Shown here in pieces: positions 51,069-64,000 of a stretch of 64,000 bases of DNA. Under the pieces are notes generated by a model that searched no databases, was not told the DNA's origin, and saw nothing but the letters and a program-made list of their open reading frames with translations. A program made the position numbers and the translations under genes. Numbering within the stretch: position 1 is the stretch's first letter; the number at the start of each line of letters is the position of its first letter. Source of the DNA: Octopus sinensis (Eukaryota); the NCBI RefSeq assembly GCF_006345805.1, contig NC_043005.1:63736001-63800000 (forward strand). The letters run 5' to 3'.

Positions 51069-52258
51069 TTTTATTTTTAATTCCATTTCTTCCATTTCTC
51101 CATTCATTAATTTAGAGATGTTCGTTTCCAGAGCGGTTATACTTTTTATATATATGTTAAGTTCCTTGGTAAAGTAATTTTGTTTGGTGTATATGTTGAG
51201 GCTTATATGTACTTGTGGGTGTGTGTGAGTGGGGTGGGAGTTTGTATTTGTTATGGGTGTGTGGTTTACGAGTGGTTTTGTGTGTGAATGTATTGGTTAA
51301 AGGAATTGCTATATAAGTATTTTTAGTGTTTAGTAAAGGGAGGTTTTATCATTTCTGTTTTGTGAGTTTTAGCTTATCATGGTAGTTTTATAAAAGAATC
51401 CATTCATAATTTTTGTGTTTATTTGTCTGTGTGGGGTTGAGTGGGTTTTGGAGTATATGTTGAGGTTTATATGTATGTATTGGTATGTGTAAGTGGTGTG
51501 GGTATTTGTATATGTCGTGGGTGTGTAGTTTACGTGTGTGTATTTGTGTGTGAATGTTTAGGTTAGGGGGATTGCTATATAGGTTTGTTATAGAGTTTAG
51601 TAAAGGGAGATTTTATCATTATATGTTTTTATGAGTTTTGGTTATCATGGTAGGTTTGATAAGGAATTTGTAGTAATTTGTGTCTATTTGCGATGTCTGT
51701 TGTTTTATTGCATTGTTTCATTCATAATTTTTAAGTAGTGTTCGTTTTACCAAGTGAATATAATTTTTAAATCCATTTATTCTATTTCTCCGTTCATAGT
51801 TTTGAGTGATGTCCATTTTCTAGAGCGTGAATGTGGGTTGTATGTGTGTGTGTGTGGGAGTATGAATAAGTATTGTGTTGAAGTATTTAGCTATTTTATT
51901 TATTTATAGTTGCCTAGACATTTTTATGTGTATGTATAGGGATATATATATAGGTGTGTGATTTAGTGTATGTAGTTAGATATGGTTATATATAATTAGG
52001 TATATGCGTATGGGTGTATATATAGTTTAATATTATATTATTATTATTATTTTTTGTTTTGTTTTATATTTTATATTTTATATTTTATATTTTATTATTG
52101 ATAGGTTTTTTTAGTTTATATATTGTTTATATATTGATTATATATGGATTATAGATAGGTTATATATGGATTATATACTTATATTTTTTCATTCATACTT
52201 TAATTATTTTAAAATTATTATTTTATTTTTTAAAATATTGATTTTTTAGATTGGAAGT

Positions 52259-52301
52259 CCACCTGAAGATTGTCGATCAAGACAAGAAACGATTGTAGTG
52301 G
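52259..52301 (+). ncRNA. Minimal type I hammerhead ribozyme, intact core, GUA triplet
   Basis: CCAC-CTGAAGA-TTGTC(gatcaa)GACAA-GAAA-C(gatt)G-TA-GTGG. Predicted cleavage after A52297. Confidence 0.85.
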
Positions 52302-52387
52302 CGGTTTTTTTGACTATTTATTAAAATTTATGTATTGATTAAGTCTTTCCTTGTTTGTTTTGCAAAATAGTGGTTTTGTCTCGAATA

Positions 52388-52419
<32 letters not shown>

Positions 52420-52593
52420 CATACATACATACATACATACATACATACATACATACATACGTACATATATATATATATTTGTGTGTGTATAACAAAGTTA
52501 TTTTATTCCACACGGGTAGAAATATAGGAAAAATTGAATTTGAAAATTCACTGAGAATAGGTAAAATATTCATTATTAATAAATTTAAAGCTT

Positions 52594-52814
52594 CAAGGCG
52601 GTGAGATGGCAGAAGCGTTAGCACACCGGGCGAAATGCTTTGCGGTATTCCGTCTGTCTTTACGTTCTGAGTTCAAATTCCGCCAAGGTCGACTTTGCCT
52701 TTCATCCTTTCGGGGTCGATAGATTAAGTTACAGTTGCGTATTGGGGCCGATCTAATCGACCGTGTCCCCTCCCCAAAAATTTCGGGGCTTGTGCCTAGA
52801 GCAGAAAAGAACAT
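52594..52814 (+). mobile_element. SINE family C, full length with 11-bp target-site duplication
   Basis: ATTTAAAGCTT at 52583-52593 and 52815-52825. Confidence 0.9.
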
Positions 52815-53389
52815 ATTTAAAGCTTTAACCGGTTTCACAGTTTTCACTGATTTTCAAAAGGTTGGAATAGAAATGGTGGCTTAAGTCGCAGCTGTCTTGC
52901 TTCTGACTAATGTTTTAAGCTTGCCCTATCTTATAGCTAAACATATTTACACAAAATATACTGTCACGTGACACTCATGGACGTAGCGGAAAACGTACAA
53001 AACGTTGTAAACTTAATCCATGTGTTCATTCCCTGCAAACACAGAAAACATTGAGAGCAGTGTTTGAGCATGTTCAGTCAGCCATGTCAGCCTTAACTAC
53101 GACGCCAAATATTGTCACTCGATACTAACACACGGACGTAGCGGGGAACCTAGAAAAATTCCTAAGACCAGTCATGTGACTATCCTCTTAAAAATCTAAT
53201 CCTATTCAAAACATATAAATTTGAGCCATTAACTCCCTATAAAGATATGGTAAGCTTTAAACTGCGAAAAGGGTTAAAGCTTTGAATATATAAATAAAAA
53301 AATATTTTAACTGATCTCAGTGCATTTTCAATTTCTATTATCCCTATATATATATATACACATATATATATATATATATCTTTCATATG

Positions 53390-53785
53390 AAAGATGGCAG
53401 AATCCCCAAGGACATACTCTACGGAGAGCTTACTAGGGGTACTAGGTCTGTGGGTAGACCGCTCTTACGTTAGAAGGATGTTTGCAAAAGGAACATGAAG
53501 GCCTGCAACATCAATATTAGCGGTTGGGAGGCAGTTGCCGGCAACCGTGGAGACTGGCGACATACCGTAAGAGAGGGAATACAAAGGAGTGACAGAGAGA
53601 GAGAGGAGAAATGGAAAGACAAGAAAAGACGTCTACATTTGTGGTACCTGCCAGAGGGAGTGTTTGTTCAGGATAGGACTACACAGCCACAGCAGGAAAT
53701 GTATCAGGACATGAAATGTAAAAGCCGGACTAGACTACTTTATGCGCAACTCCATTGTCTCCCGAGACAAAAAGGATGCCAAGCA
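53390..53785 (+). mobile_element. RTE-clade LINE 3' fragment
   Basis: MKDGRIPKDILYGELTRGTRSVGRPLLR*KDVCKRNMKACNI...WEAVAGNRGDWR, a typical RTE/BovB-like C-terminus. Confidence 0.85.
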
Positions 53786-53839
<54 letters not shown>

Positions 53840-54511
53840 ATATTCAGAATGATCATTTTGATTCTTTTTTCGTTTTGTTTTCTCGCTAAATAAACACACA
53901 TACACACACACACTCATATATATAAATATGTGTGTGTGTGTGTGTGTGTATGTATATACATGTGTGCGTGTTTGTGTATGTATGTACGTGTGTATCATGA
54001 CCCCATTGCTTTGCTTTACTTGAGAGACTCTTATCCTGTTACGACGTTCTTGAAGCAGGCCACTCAGGTTTTAGATGTATAAATAAATGCCGCAAAGCAA
54101 ATTCTGTACACTTAAAAATTTTATCGTGTATAACATGATCGATATGTCAACAAGAAGCCACTTCAAAAATCTATGTGACTCAATGACCAGGCAAAACAAT
54201 CTATTTTCGTACAATTTTACTTGTTCCAGACTGTAGGATATGGAGAAACTCATTCACCGACAGAAATTATGAATATTTCCCTTCACAGATGTCAACTGGG
54301 AGATCATATCTCTGGCTTCTACAATAGTAATAAGCTCACACGCATTTCTCCGGACACACATAAACACAAACACAAACTGACTTACTACTTGCCTCAACGA
54401 TGAATTTCTTATATTCAGCCATCGAATGCATACTACATTCACACGTACATACACATTTATATACCTTCTCACTCTTTCCCTCTTTCTCCATCTATCTATC
54501 TTTCTTTTTTT

Positions 54512-54546
<35 letters not shown>

Positions 54547-54803
54547 AATACACACATACACACGAACGAATTTGAAAAGTCAATAACCTGAATAGAGAAC
54601 ACTTATGAACGTGTCGGAACACAATATCCGCCAAACTTATTTGCATACAAAAATACATTCACCCGAATGCACATAAATGCATTCTTACATTGGTATATAT
54701 AATATGCATTTTTACATACGTGCATGTATGTATCTATATATTTATGTATGTATGTACGTACGTAACGCATACGTAATGCATACGTAAGTACGTACATACA
54801 TAC

Positions 54804-54870
<67 letters not shown>

Positions 54871-54873
<3 letters not shown>

Positions 54874-55674
54874 TAGCAGCATAGCCCGGCGTTGCCCGGG
54901 TATGTAAGAGCCCCTAGTAGGCAACGACTAATCCCAATCTAGTCCTTTCCCTCCTGGGAACGAAGGCGCATGTGTAGGTTGCAATGTCTTCTCTTCACTC
55001 CCAAATAACTATCAAACAGCTATCGATAATTCAACCCAACCAATTCCTACCAGGAAGAAATTACATTCGAGACTTTACCCCCAACTTCTGCTAATAGCTG
55101 CTGCAGCCGCAAGTTATTCGAATAATTTTTTTGTTTACACTTTCTTTATAACTACCACCCCAAACGTTTTACCTTAAATTTTTGTCGTACCCTAAGGGTC
55201 CTCGGACGCTACTTGCAAACTCTTAGTTTATTATAAACCGCTTTTGTCGTGTGCATCAAAAAACCTTTTCCATTCGGTTGATCACTTTGGGCACTTTTGA
55301 CTTTTTCGTTGTTGTCACTCACATTGCTGCCCGCTTTTTTGCCGTTTTTGTACATTTCTATACATTTTGGGATACTTACCCCACGTTTTCCGAGAGTTAA
55401 AAAGGTCGAGTTGCGTCCCCTAGTTAGTCTGTAGAAAATGTGTTGCATATAAAAAGCTTAGATTCTCGACCCATGTCGAATTTATCGATTTTTTTTCAGA
55501 ACTGGGGGAACTTTTCAAAAGTTTCGCTGCGTTAGTTTTGAATTATGACATTGGGCTATGTGTGTGTCAAGTTTCATCAGAATCGGTTGAAAGCCGTGGT
55601 CAGGGTGAGGGTACAACCTGACAGACACACAGACACACAGACAGACAAACTGCCGTTTATATATATATATAGAT
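54871..55674 (+). mobile_element. Non-autonomous Helitron/Helentron-like element
   Basis: Starts TACTAGCAGCATAGCCCGGCGTTGCCCGGG and ends (ACAG)n-AAACTGCCGTTTATATATATATAGAT. Inserted in (TA)n. Confidence 0.6.
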
Positions 55675-56111
55675 ACATACGTACATACGTACGTACACGC
55701 ATATGTACATACATATATTCCTAAGTACGTATGTATATATGTATGTATATTTTTTGTATGAATGAATCCAGTGTTATTGTTATCTCTTGTAGCCACTACA
55801 AAGTACACCATTCTAGTCGCTAAAACCACGAAGATTAAGAGTTACTTATTAATATGTTTAGTTACAAGAAGTGAATACGTATTTTTGCGCATTTATATAC
55901 GTATTAGTGCGTTTCTGTCGATGGTGAGAAGCTGGATTGATAGTTTAGTGGTTAGTTGTTTAGATGTGCAGATTACAATATTTATGTAAATATATATGCG
56001 TTTATTTATGCATACTGTCATGTAGATATATGTGAATGGAATTATGCTCATGTGCGTGTACAAATACGCATAAGTGTAGGTATATGTATATAATATGTGT
56101 GTACGCATACG

Positions 56112-56142
<31 letters not shown>

Positions 56143-56445
56143 GTATGTATATAATATGTGTATGTACGCATACGCACATGTATATGTATATATGTGTGTG
56201 AAATTATAGATATATATTTATACATCTTTGTGTTTGGGGATTTGTGTATGTAAATATCAATACGTAAGTGTATGGGTGTGTATATATGTTAATGTTGTGT
56301 GGACGCCCCCCAGACGTCGAAGTAGGCTAGCCCAATATGTAGATATAGAGGGAGAAATCTAGACATGGAGAGCAGAGTAGAGTTGAATAGAACGTGCGAC
56401 ATAGCAGTTAACATGTACGTTTAGCATACTTCTCAGGCAGATAAC

Positions 56446-56827
56446 TGGAGGCGCAATGGCCCAGTGGTTAGGGCAACGGACTCGCGGTCATAGGATCGCG
56501 GTTTCGATTCCCAGACCGGGCGTTGTGAGTGTTTATTGAGTGAAAACACCTAAAGCTCCACGAGTCTCCGGCAGGGGATGGTGGTGATCCCTGCTGTACT
56601 CTTTCACCACAACTTTCTCTCACTCTTACTTCCTGTTTCTGTTGTACCTGTATTTCAGGGGCCGGCCTTGTCACTCTCTGTATCACGCTGAATATCCCCA
56701 AGAACTACGTTAAGGGTGCACGTGTCTGTGAAGTGCTCAGCCACTTACACGTTGATTTCACGAGCAGGCTGTTCCGTTGATTCGGATCAACCGGAACCCT
56801 CATCGTCGTAACCGACGGAGTGCTTCC
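56446..56827 (+). mobile_element. SINE family A, full length with 12-bp target-site duplication
   Basis: CAGGCAGATAAC at 56434-56445 and 56828-56839. A-box TGGCCCAGTGG and B-box GGTTTCGATTCCC. Confidence 0.9.
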
Positions 56828-56859
56828 CAGGCAGATAACATGAAAACTTGATGCTATAA

Positions 56860-57698
56860 GGTACAGTCAAGGATTTTTCTGACTTTTTAGGAGAGGCTTT
56901 TATAAATGTATTAGATTATTGTAAGTTGAGTATATCATTGCATTACATCAAATAAACTACCCTGCCAACACTTGCGGTTCCAAATTGAAGAAGTCCGCTG
57001 AAACAATACTTTGTACACACCCTGCTCAGCACTGCTTGTTACATTTGGCCAAAATTGAAGACAGCTTGGAAGCTCACTGTGCAATAAATATTTATGTTAA
57101 CCTGGCCAAAAACGCTGCAGAGACTTATGAAATGCTGCACACTGCTTATGAATTAACTTGTATAAACCAAACATGTGTTTCATGTAGGCACGAAAAACCA
57201 GGCAAAGCATGTCCACAGGGACGTCCACTTTTCAGCAGCAAAGGCATCCCCTATATCCACCGGATTCTCTTTGGCCCGTCGATCAACAAAGTGAGCCTTG
57301 TTGGGATTTTGAAGCAGTTCAGGAAGAGAATCGTCGCAAAAGATCAGGACACATGCAACAGAGCAATGCACCAGTCCAACAATTCCATCCTAGTAACCAA
57401 CTACTTGAGAGAGATGGGCATCAAAACTGCCCCTCACATTCCCGATAGTCCAGACTTTGCTCCCTGTGATTTTTGGTTCTTCCCCAAGCCGAAAGATTAG
57501 ATGAGAGATGCTGTGAGAAGGGTCTTGGATACCTTAACGTTGGGTGACTTCTACGAGGCCTTCACGAAGTAGCTAGAGCGCTCCAAGGGCATTAAAATTA
57601 GAGGACCCTATTTTGAGGTAGATAAGTGTTTTGAACTTCTTTGAAATTAATAAATATCTCCCCAGCAATAATCCCAAAATTTCTGAAATTCACCCTGA

Positions 57699-57700
<2 letters not shown>
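56860..57700 (+). mobile_element. Internally deleted mariner element
   Basis: Track ORF 56985-57500 joins an HTH-like start (LAKNAAETYEMLHTAY) to the catalytic end (MGIKTAPHIPDSPDFAPCDFWFFPK). Confidence 0.8.
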
Positions 57701-57731
<31 letters not shown>

Positions 57732-58534
57732 TGTATGTATGTATGTATGTGTGAAGGTAGCGTTATTCTAGTTCTTGAAACACTGAGGATTAGGAGGCAC
57801 TAATTCAAAGTTTAATAACAAGATGTGAATGTATGTTTTGTGTACATATCTATATATACGTTTATATACATAAATGAAACATTTACATTTATTTACGTAA
57901 ACTGTTTAGTTACAAGATCATAAGACATTTTCGCTGCAAGCAAAACTATTACACATATTCACACGAATACATAAATGGATGTGAATATATGTTTTGTGTA
58001 CATATCTATATATTTTCACGCTTCTGAGTGGTCGGATTAATAAAAAAAGTTAATGGTTTGTTTTTGGATGTGTAGATTAAGTTAATTAGGTAATTGTATA
58101 TGCATCTATTTATACGTATATTTCTGTGCTTGTGTAGGTATATATGAATGGATCTTAGTATATATGCGTATACGTATAAATGGAGAGTTATGCATCTTCA
58201 AAATATATTTATCAAAAAGCATTTTCTTCATATTACATTCCGACACATACTTCTGCAGAATAAGCGCCTTAGGGCTCTTTGATATAATAGCCTCGACAAT
58301 CCTATGCAATCATTTACAAGGCTGACAATCCTATAGAGCTTTATTTAAGGTGTTTCTCACACGGATGAATGAAACGTAGCCAAGTCTGTATTTTATCATA
58401 GAGAGCGAAAGATATCTACCCGGACTTAAAACCCCTATTTGCATTCGTATGTTTGAAAGCGTATATAAGTATATGTGTCTATGTTTCTGCAGATGTGGGT
58501 ATATATTTTTCTATATACATGTGTATGCATGTGA

Positions 58535-58568
<34 letters not shown>

Positions 58569-60431
58569 GTGCGTGTGTGTGTGTGTATGTGCTCTAAACC
58601 ATGCTCTTAAGAAACAACCTTCTTACCACTCAGCCAAGCCCGCATACATTCATACATGTGCGTATTCACAAGAAAGAGCAGATCACTTAAAATATTACGT
58701 AAAATTTTGAGTTGTAAGTGAACAGTTGGTAACCCGAATGGCCTTTACTTAAAGTTTCATAAGCAATAAAATGTGTCTAATCAATCAATAACTACTAGAA
58801 ACAAATACTTGACGAATAAATACTCGTATTCGAAGGTGACAACTAATTCATTAGATGCGTACTTTTGTATCATTGAAATTCTGAGTAATAGGTGATTGAG
58901 TCATTTCACAATTCAAAACACACACACATATATACCCACGCACACACACAAACACACATATACATACACCCATACATGTGCATGGAACGCTCAATAAAAA
59001 ATTTCTGAGGATTTCTGTGGTCTCTTCGCGTCTTTTCTAATATATTCTTCTGTCAACTTGCGGCGAACTTACCGTTATGAATTTTCAAATCACCATCAAA
59101 CGTAATAATCTTTAGGTGGTGGCGGATGCTTCACAAGTGACATTATTGCACTTTTATTTATTTCAACACCAACTGAACCTGATGCAACTGCACCCTACAA
59201 GAATACTCTGTTGATTGTGTTATTTCCTTCGCCCTTAAACTGGAACTTTCACCATGAAGATTCGTTTGAGATGCTCAGCCATATCTTAGCTGCTTGTTGA
59301 TATGTTGGATACTCCTGTACCTATTGATTATATTGACTCAATTACTTCACTAGTAATTTATTTCATTAACCACGGAATAATGGAAAGCAAAATTAATCCT
59401 CATTACATGGGTTGTTGTGATTGGCTCCCTTTGGAATTCCCTCTTCCCTAGAAAAGTAATTGGATCCGGTGTATATCTACAGCTCAGTGGACTTAACCAA
59501 TTTGACCCACCGATTTTCATACCGCTGTTGTGGTTTTTACCTGGATTGATAACTAGGAAGTGCTTGAAGATCATATCCGGATAATAACCAGATGAAATGC
59601 AGAAGCCACTTCAAAATCTATTTGACATTACGACCGAACATAAACTGTTTTCTTATTCTTTTATTTATTCTATATAATGGGTTGTGCGTAACCAAGCTGC
59701 ACACATCCTCAGGCAGTTCTGGCCCGGTTGTTACATCTGGCTTAGGCAGTAATAAATAAACGTTCTATCCGAAAAGATGCCAGTTTATCACAGTTTTTAT
59801 TGCTGTAAAAAGAATTGAATGGAGTGCATTAAACCAAAGAATCACTCATGAAATTTACAACGTACATGCAGTATATAACTGTGACAACTAAACACATTAG
59901 TCATAGATAAATTGCTGACTCGGTGAAAGGATATGACTTGGTCGAGTGGCTGAACAATACATTACTGATTCAGAATGACTTGATTTGATAATGATTCTGT
60001 TACCCACCTCCTTTTTAAATGTCAGAAACCCTCTTTCAAAATCCTTAATTTTATCAAGGTATATATCATATTAATATGGTGGTGCTCGTATTCACTATAG
60101 AATAATCGCTACATGAATATGATATGTGTATGTTGGAGGAGGTGGATGGTTCTCTGTGTGTCTATGTGTGTATCTATATGTGTGTATGTGTGTGGGTGGA
60201 TGATTCTGTGTCTGTATAATTTCCAATAAAATCAATATTTTTTATCATCTAATTATTTTGATAGTATTTTAAAAGTTGATTTAATTGAAATAAACAGGAA
60301 ATTTTATACTTCTGTTTTATATCTCTGTTTGGAGAGAAAAGCCTAAATCTAAATAATTGAAAAAACAATTCTAAATTAAACAATAAGGAATCAATGTAAT
60401 GAAACAAATTGGAAAAGCATAAAACATTTAA

Positions 60432-60911
<480 letters not shown>

Positions 60912-61693
60912 AAACAATTATTATATTTAAATAAATCTTTCGTGAAAAGAGGGTATCAATTGAAACAGTCATAAAATAGCTTATTAACAGTTAATTGGGG
61001 GCGCGTCATAATAACAGAATAAAAAAATGAGATAAAAAAAAAAATACCATAAGCCAAAATGAATATTTCTAAATGAAAATGGATTGTCTGATACTTAAGT
61101 GAGAAATCTATTATAGATATACCGGGTACTGTGCTAGCATTTAATAGCGATAAAAGACAACATCAATCACAACAAATTAATAATGTATGAAATATTCTCA
61201 TTGTTCTCTATAATATTCAGGTAGTTTTCTAATTATTTCTGCATCAATATTTCTGGCGCCACATAAACTAACCTTTTTCTTTTTCTGTTTCATTATATAT
61301 ATATAATTATTATTTTCCTGCTTACATATAGTGGCTGTGATAATTTATATCTGCTGCTAACGTAGTTTATGATTTCTGGACTATTAATTTCATCTTTCGG
61401 TTTTCCGGTTCTCTCTCATTGAACTTAGCTTCGATCAGTTAAGGTTCTATAATCGGTTATATTGCAACTTCTATGCATATATATTTGGTTGAATTTGACC
61501 TCAGAAATATTATTTTCCTGAGTCATTTAGGTGGAGGCATAGTTATGCAGTTAAGAATTTTTTTTTTTTTTTGCATTCACGCAAGTTTGGTTTCTGTTCC
61601 AGTGAGCACCATCTTCCAATATAGCTTCGAGTCGACTAACGATTGTGAGGTAATTTGGTAACGGAAACTGTGTAGAATCCCGTCGAATATGTA

Positions 61694-62005
61694 TTTTTTT
61701 TTTTATGCGCCCTTTTCAAGCCTAGCCAGGCTCATGGGCCCGGTTTCTATGACGTTTGTATTCCCCCCAGCTGGACGGGACGCCAATCCATCGTAGCGTT
61801 ACTCAATGAACAGGAAGAAAGAGCGAGAGAAAGTTGGGGTGAAAGAGTACAACAGAGGTCTCACCCCCCCCCCTCTCTGCCGGAGCATCGTGGAGCTTTA
61901 GGGGTTTTCGCTCACTAATCACACACAACGCCCGGTTTGGGAATCGAAACTGCGATCCTCCGACCACGTGTTCGCTGCCCTAACCACCGGGCCATTGCGC
62001 CTCCA
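61694..62005 (-). mobile_element. SINE family A with A-rich tail and about 13-bp target-site duplication
   Basis: CGTCGAATATGTA at 61681-61693 and 62006-62018. The T-run at 61694-61704 is the tail. Confidence 0.88.
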
Positions 62006-62619
62006 CGTCGAATATGTATGTCTGTGTGGAAATGTGTGTGCGTGCGTGTGTATTTATGCATATCTGTCTGCCATTCTGTTTGTCCACACACAATGTGACA
62101 ACCACTGTTCTTTATTAATGTCCTCGTAGTTAAGCAAAATACCTCGACAGAATAAGTAACGTATTAAAAAAAAAACAGTTAGTCGTGTCCGAGTTGTTTG
62201 ACTATCCCTACAGGTGCTCCAACATAGCCGCAGTCTAAACGTGGAACCAAGTAAAAGATTATTTGTATAATTGAAGAAATATATACCTGAACTGCAACAC
62301 ATTTCAGCTACGAATTTATTTTTAGTCTTACTAGTCTTTCTAATGGGCCTTTCCTTATCTAAGAAAGGGTTTTTTTAGAGAAGTATTTGACAGTTGCTTT
62401 TAGTTCGTCAAGTGACTGTATTTTTTCAATGAAAAGAGGTTCTTTCTTCCGATAAATAGACGCAAATGCACTTTTCTGCAAGAACTTCCGACTCTAATTC
62501 TGAACCTGGACGTACCACTTTCAGTTCACATGCCATTCTTTAAATTTAGACACCTTTGTTTTATTTCTAGGTGGCAATCTAAGGAACTTTGAAGAGGATA
62601 TATATATATATATATTCCT

Positions 62620-62830
62620 TTTGGCTTTCACTTATTTCAGCCAGTCGATTGCGACTATGCTGGGGCACCGTGTTGAAAGGCTTAGTCGAACTAATCCACC
62701 ACAAACAGTTTTTTTCTTTTTTTCAGTCTAGTACTTATTCTATCGATCTCTTTTTGCTGTGCCTCTAGCTTACGGGGACGTAAACAAAACAAAACCGGTT
62801 GTCAAGCTGTGGTGGGGTGGAAAACAAGCA
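62620..62830 (-). mobile_element. SINE family B 3' part
   Basis: Reverse complement resembles 7143-7320 (ACGTCCCCGTAA..., CAGCAT...GACTGAAA). Confidence 0.65.
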
Positions 62831-62913
62831 CATACACAAAGACACATACACATAGATACATACGCATGAATATGTCTGTATGTTTGTGAGTGCCTACATA
62901 CATACGTACATAC

Positions 62914-62980
<67 letters not shown>

Positions 62981-62981
<1 letters not shown>

Positions 62982-63672
62982 AGTTAAGTTAAGTTAATTT
63001 TTGGATCAAAAAGCAAGGCCATGTAGGGGGACATGGAGTTATGTACTGGGAGTTATGTACAAATAGTTCACGCCACTTCTGGTCAAGAGAGACTTTGAAC
63101 CGAGCGGTCGTCGGCATCTTCACTATCTCGTCCGGCAGCTTATTCCACGGATCCGCAACCCGGGCGGAGAAAGTCCCTCTCCTTCGATTGAGATGAAATC
63201 GTCGCAGATAGAGCTTTTCGGAGTGACCCCGTAGCCGACGCTCTGGAGCAGGAGTGAAGAACAGCTCTTTCGAGAGGTTACACTTTCCGCTTATGATGTT
63301 GTGAGCAAGAATGTGATCACCACGGCGTCGTCGTTTTTCTAGAGAATAAAGGTCAAGCGTCTTCAGCCTTTCTTCATAAGACAAATGCTTGAGACCAAGA
63401 ACCATGCGGGTAGCCAGCTTCTGGACTCTTTCAAGATAATGTATGTCTTTGAGGAGATAAGGAGAAGATGCTTGAATCCCGTACTCCAATATGGGTCTCA
63501 CCAGCGTGACATAGAGCGGTAGGAATATGGCTGCTGTGAGCATTCCGAATGACCGTCGAACCAAAAACAGAACTCCGCGTGCTTTGTTGGCAGCATGGAC
63601 GCACTGGGCCGAAGGTGAAAAGGAAGATTCCACCAAGATACTCAGGTCCTTTACCTGGTCGGTCCTCTCCAG
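62981..63672 (-). mobile_element. CR1-clade LINE 3' fragment with open reading frame and (TTAAC)n tail
   Basis: 215-aa ORF ...LYVTLVRPILEY...LERVQKLATRMV.GLKHLSYEERLKTLDLYSLEKRRRRGD...RGHSEKL...WNKLP. Tail AAGTTAAGTTAAGTTAA at about 62981-62997. Confidence 0.9.
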
Positions 63673-63675
63673 CAG

Positions 63676-63709
<34 letters not shown>

Positions 63710-63851
63710 TGTATGTATGTATGTATGTATGTATGTATGTATGTATGTATATGTATTTACACATTTACCATGTAAGAAATCAGCGTATGATTTCTAAGGT
63801 GATTTTGTAAGCTGGCAAGACGAGTTGAGTTTAATCCTAGGCGCCGGTGAG

Positions 63852-63900
63852 AGCCACTGACGAACATTAATGTAAATGCGAAATCACTGGTCTTCTGGTT
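63852..63900 (+). ncRNA. Possible imperfect hammerhead ribozyme
   Basis: CTGACGA-A-CATT(aatgta)AATG-C-GAAA is intact, but stems I and III cannot both be formed well. Confidence 0.3.
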
Positions 63901-64000
63901 ATGACCGGTGCTTAGTGACCTTACTACCCTTGTCAGTAAATAAGACGGTGCATTATTGTGGCTATAACTCTTATTTCTAGCAATACTGGTGCTGAATAAC

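Larger units (their letters stand above)
48050..52395 (+). mobile_element. Putative non-autonomous, non-coding PLE/retrozyme-like unit: C/A-rich segment, hairpin cluster, G/T-rich tandem array, T-rich tract, terminal HHR
   Basis: Bounded by (TA)n arrays (about 47893-48040 and 52395-52470). No credible ORF. HHR about 95 nt from the right junction. Boundaries are inferred. Confidence 0.45.

Noticed and set aside
49023-51830. CRISPR-like array
   Set aside because: These are long tandem duplications without unique spacers, in a eukaryotic context with no cas genes.
48900-52250. Mitochondrial insertion (NUMT) explanation for the G/T skew
   Set aside because: No recognisable mitochondrial genes, tRNAs or rRNA were seen. 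Not formally excluded without BLAST.
59000-59600. Possible decayed DNA-transposon coding sequence on the minus strand
   Set aside because: No diagnostic catalytic motif or termini were found.

Overview
AT-rich eukaryotic DNA, dense in microsatellites and transposons. The SINE repertoire and (TA)n/(GATA)n/(TATG)n load suggest an octopus or other coleoid cephalopod genome, but that is inference. No host protein-coding gene is clearly supported; there is one weak candidate exon at 3923-4093. The main biology is a set of Penelope-like elements (PLE) and hammerhead ribozyme (HHR) motifs, mostly next to (TA)n arrays. (1) A Neptune-like PLE (14489-18315) has ORF1 overlapping the RT/GIY-YIG ORF in the -1 frame, with an in-register U_UUU_UUA slippery heptamer. 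(2) A young Naiad-like PLE (23365-27981) has about 1.5-kb inverted terminal repeats, each ending in an intact HHR. (3) A 4.3-kb non-coding, G/T-skewed, tandemly amplified unit ends in an intact HHR (52259-52301). (4) A mini inverted-repeat element (20395-21035) carries a complete HHR core whose three strands lie in reversed, pseudoknotted order. (5) There is one U4C HHR variant and several decayed HHRs. Also present: a tRNA-SINE with a 130-bp fold-back hairpin, Tc1/mariner relics, RTE, CR1 and R4/Dong LINE fragments, a non-autonomous Helitron-like element and many tRNA-derived SINEs. All RNA folds and alignments were done by eye, not computed.
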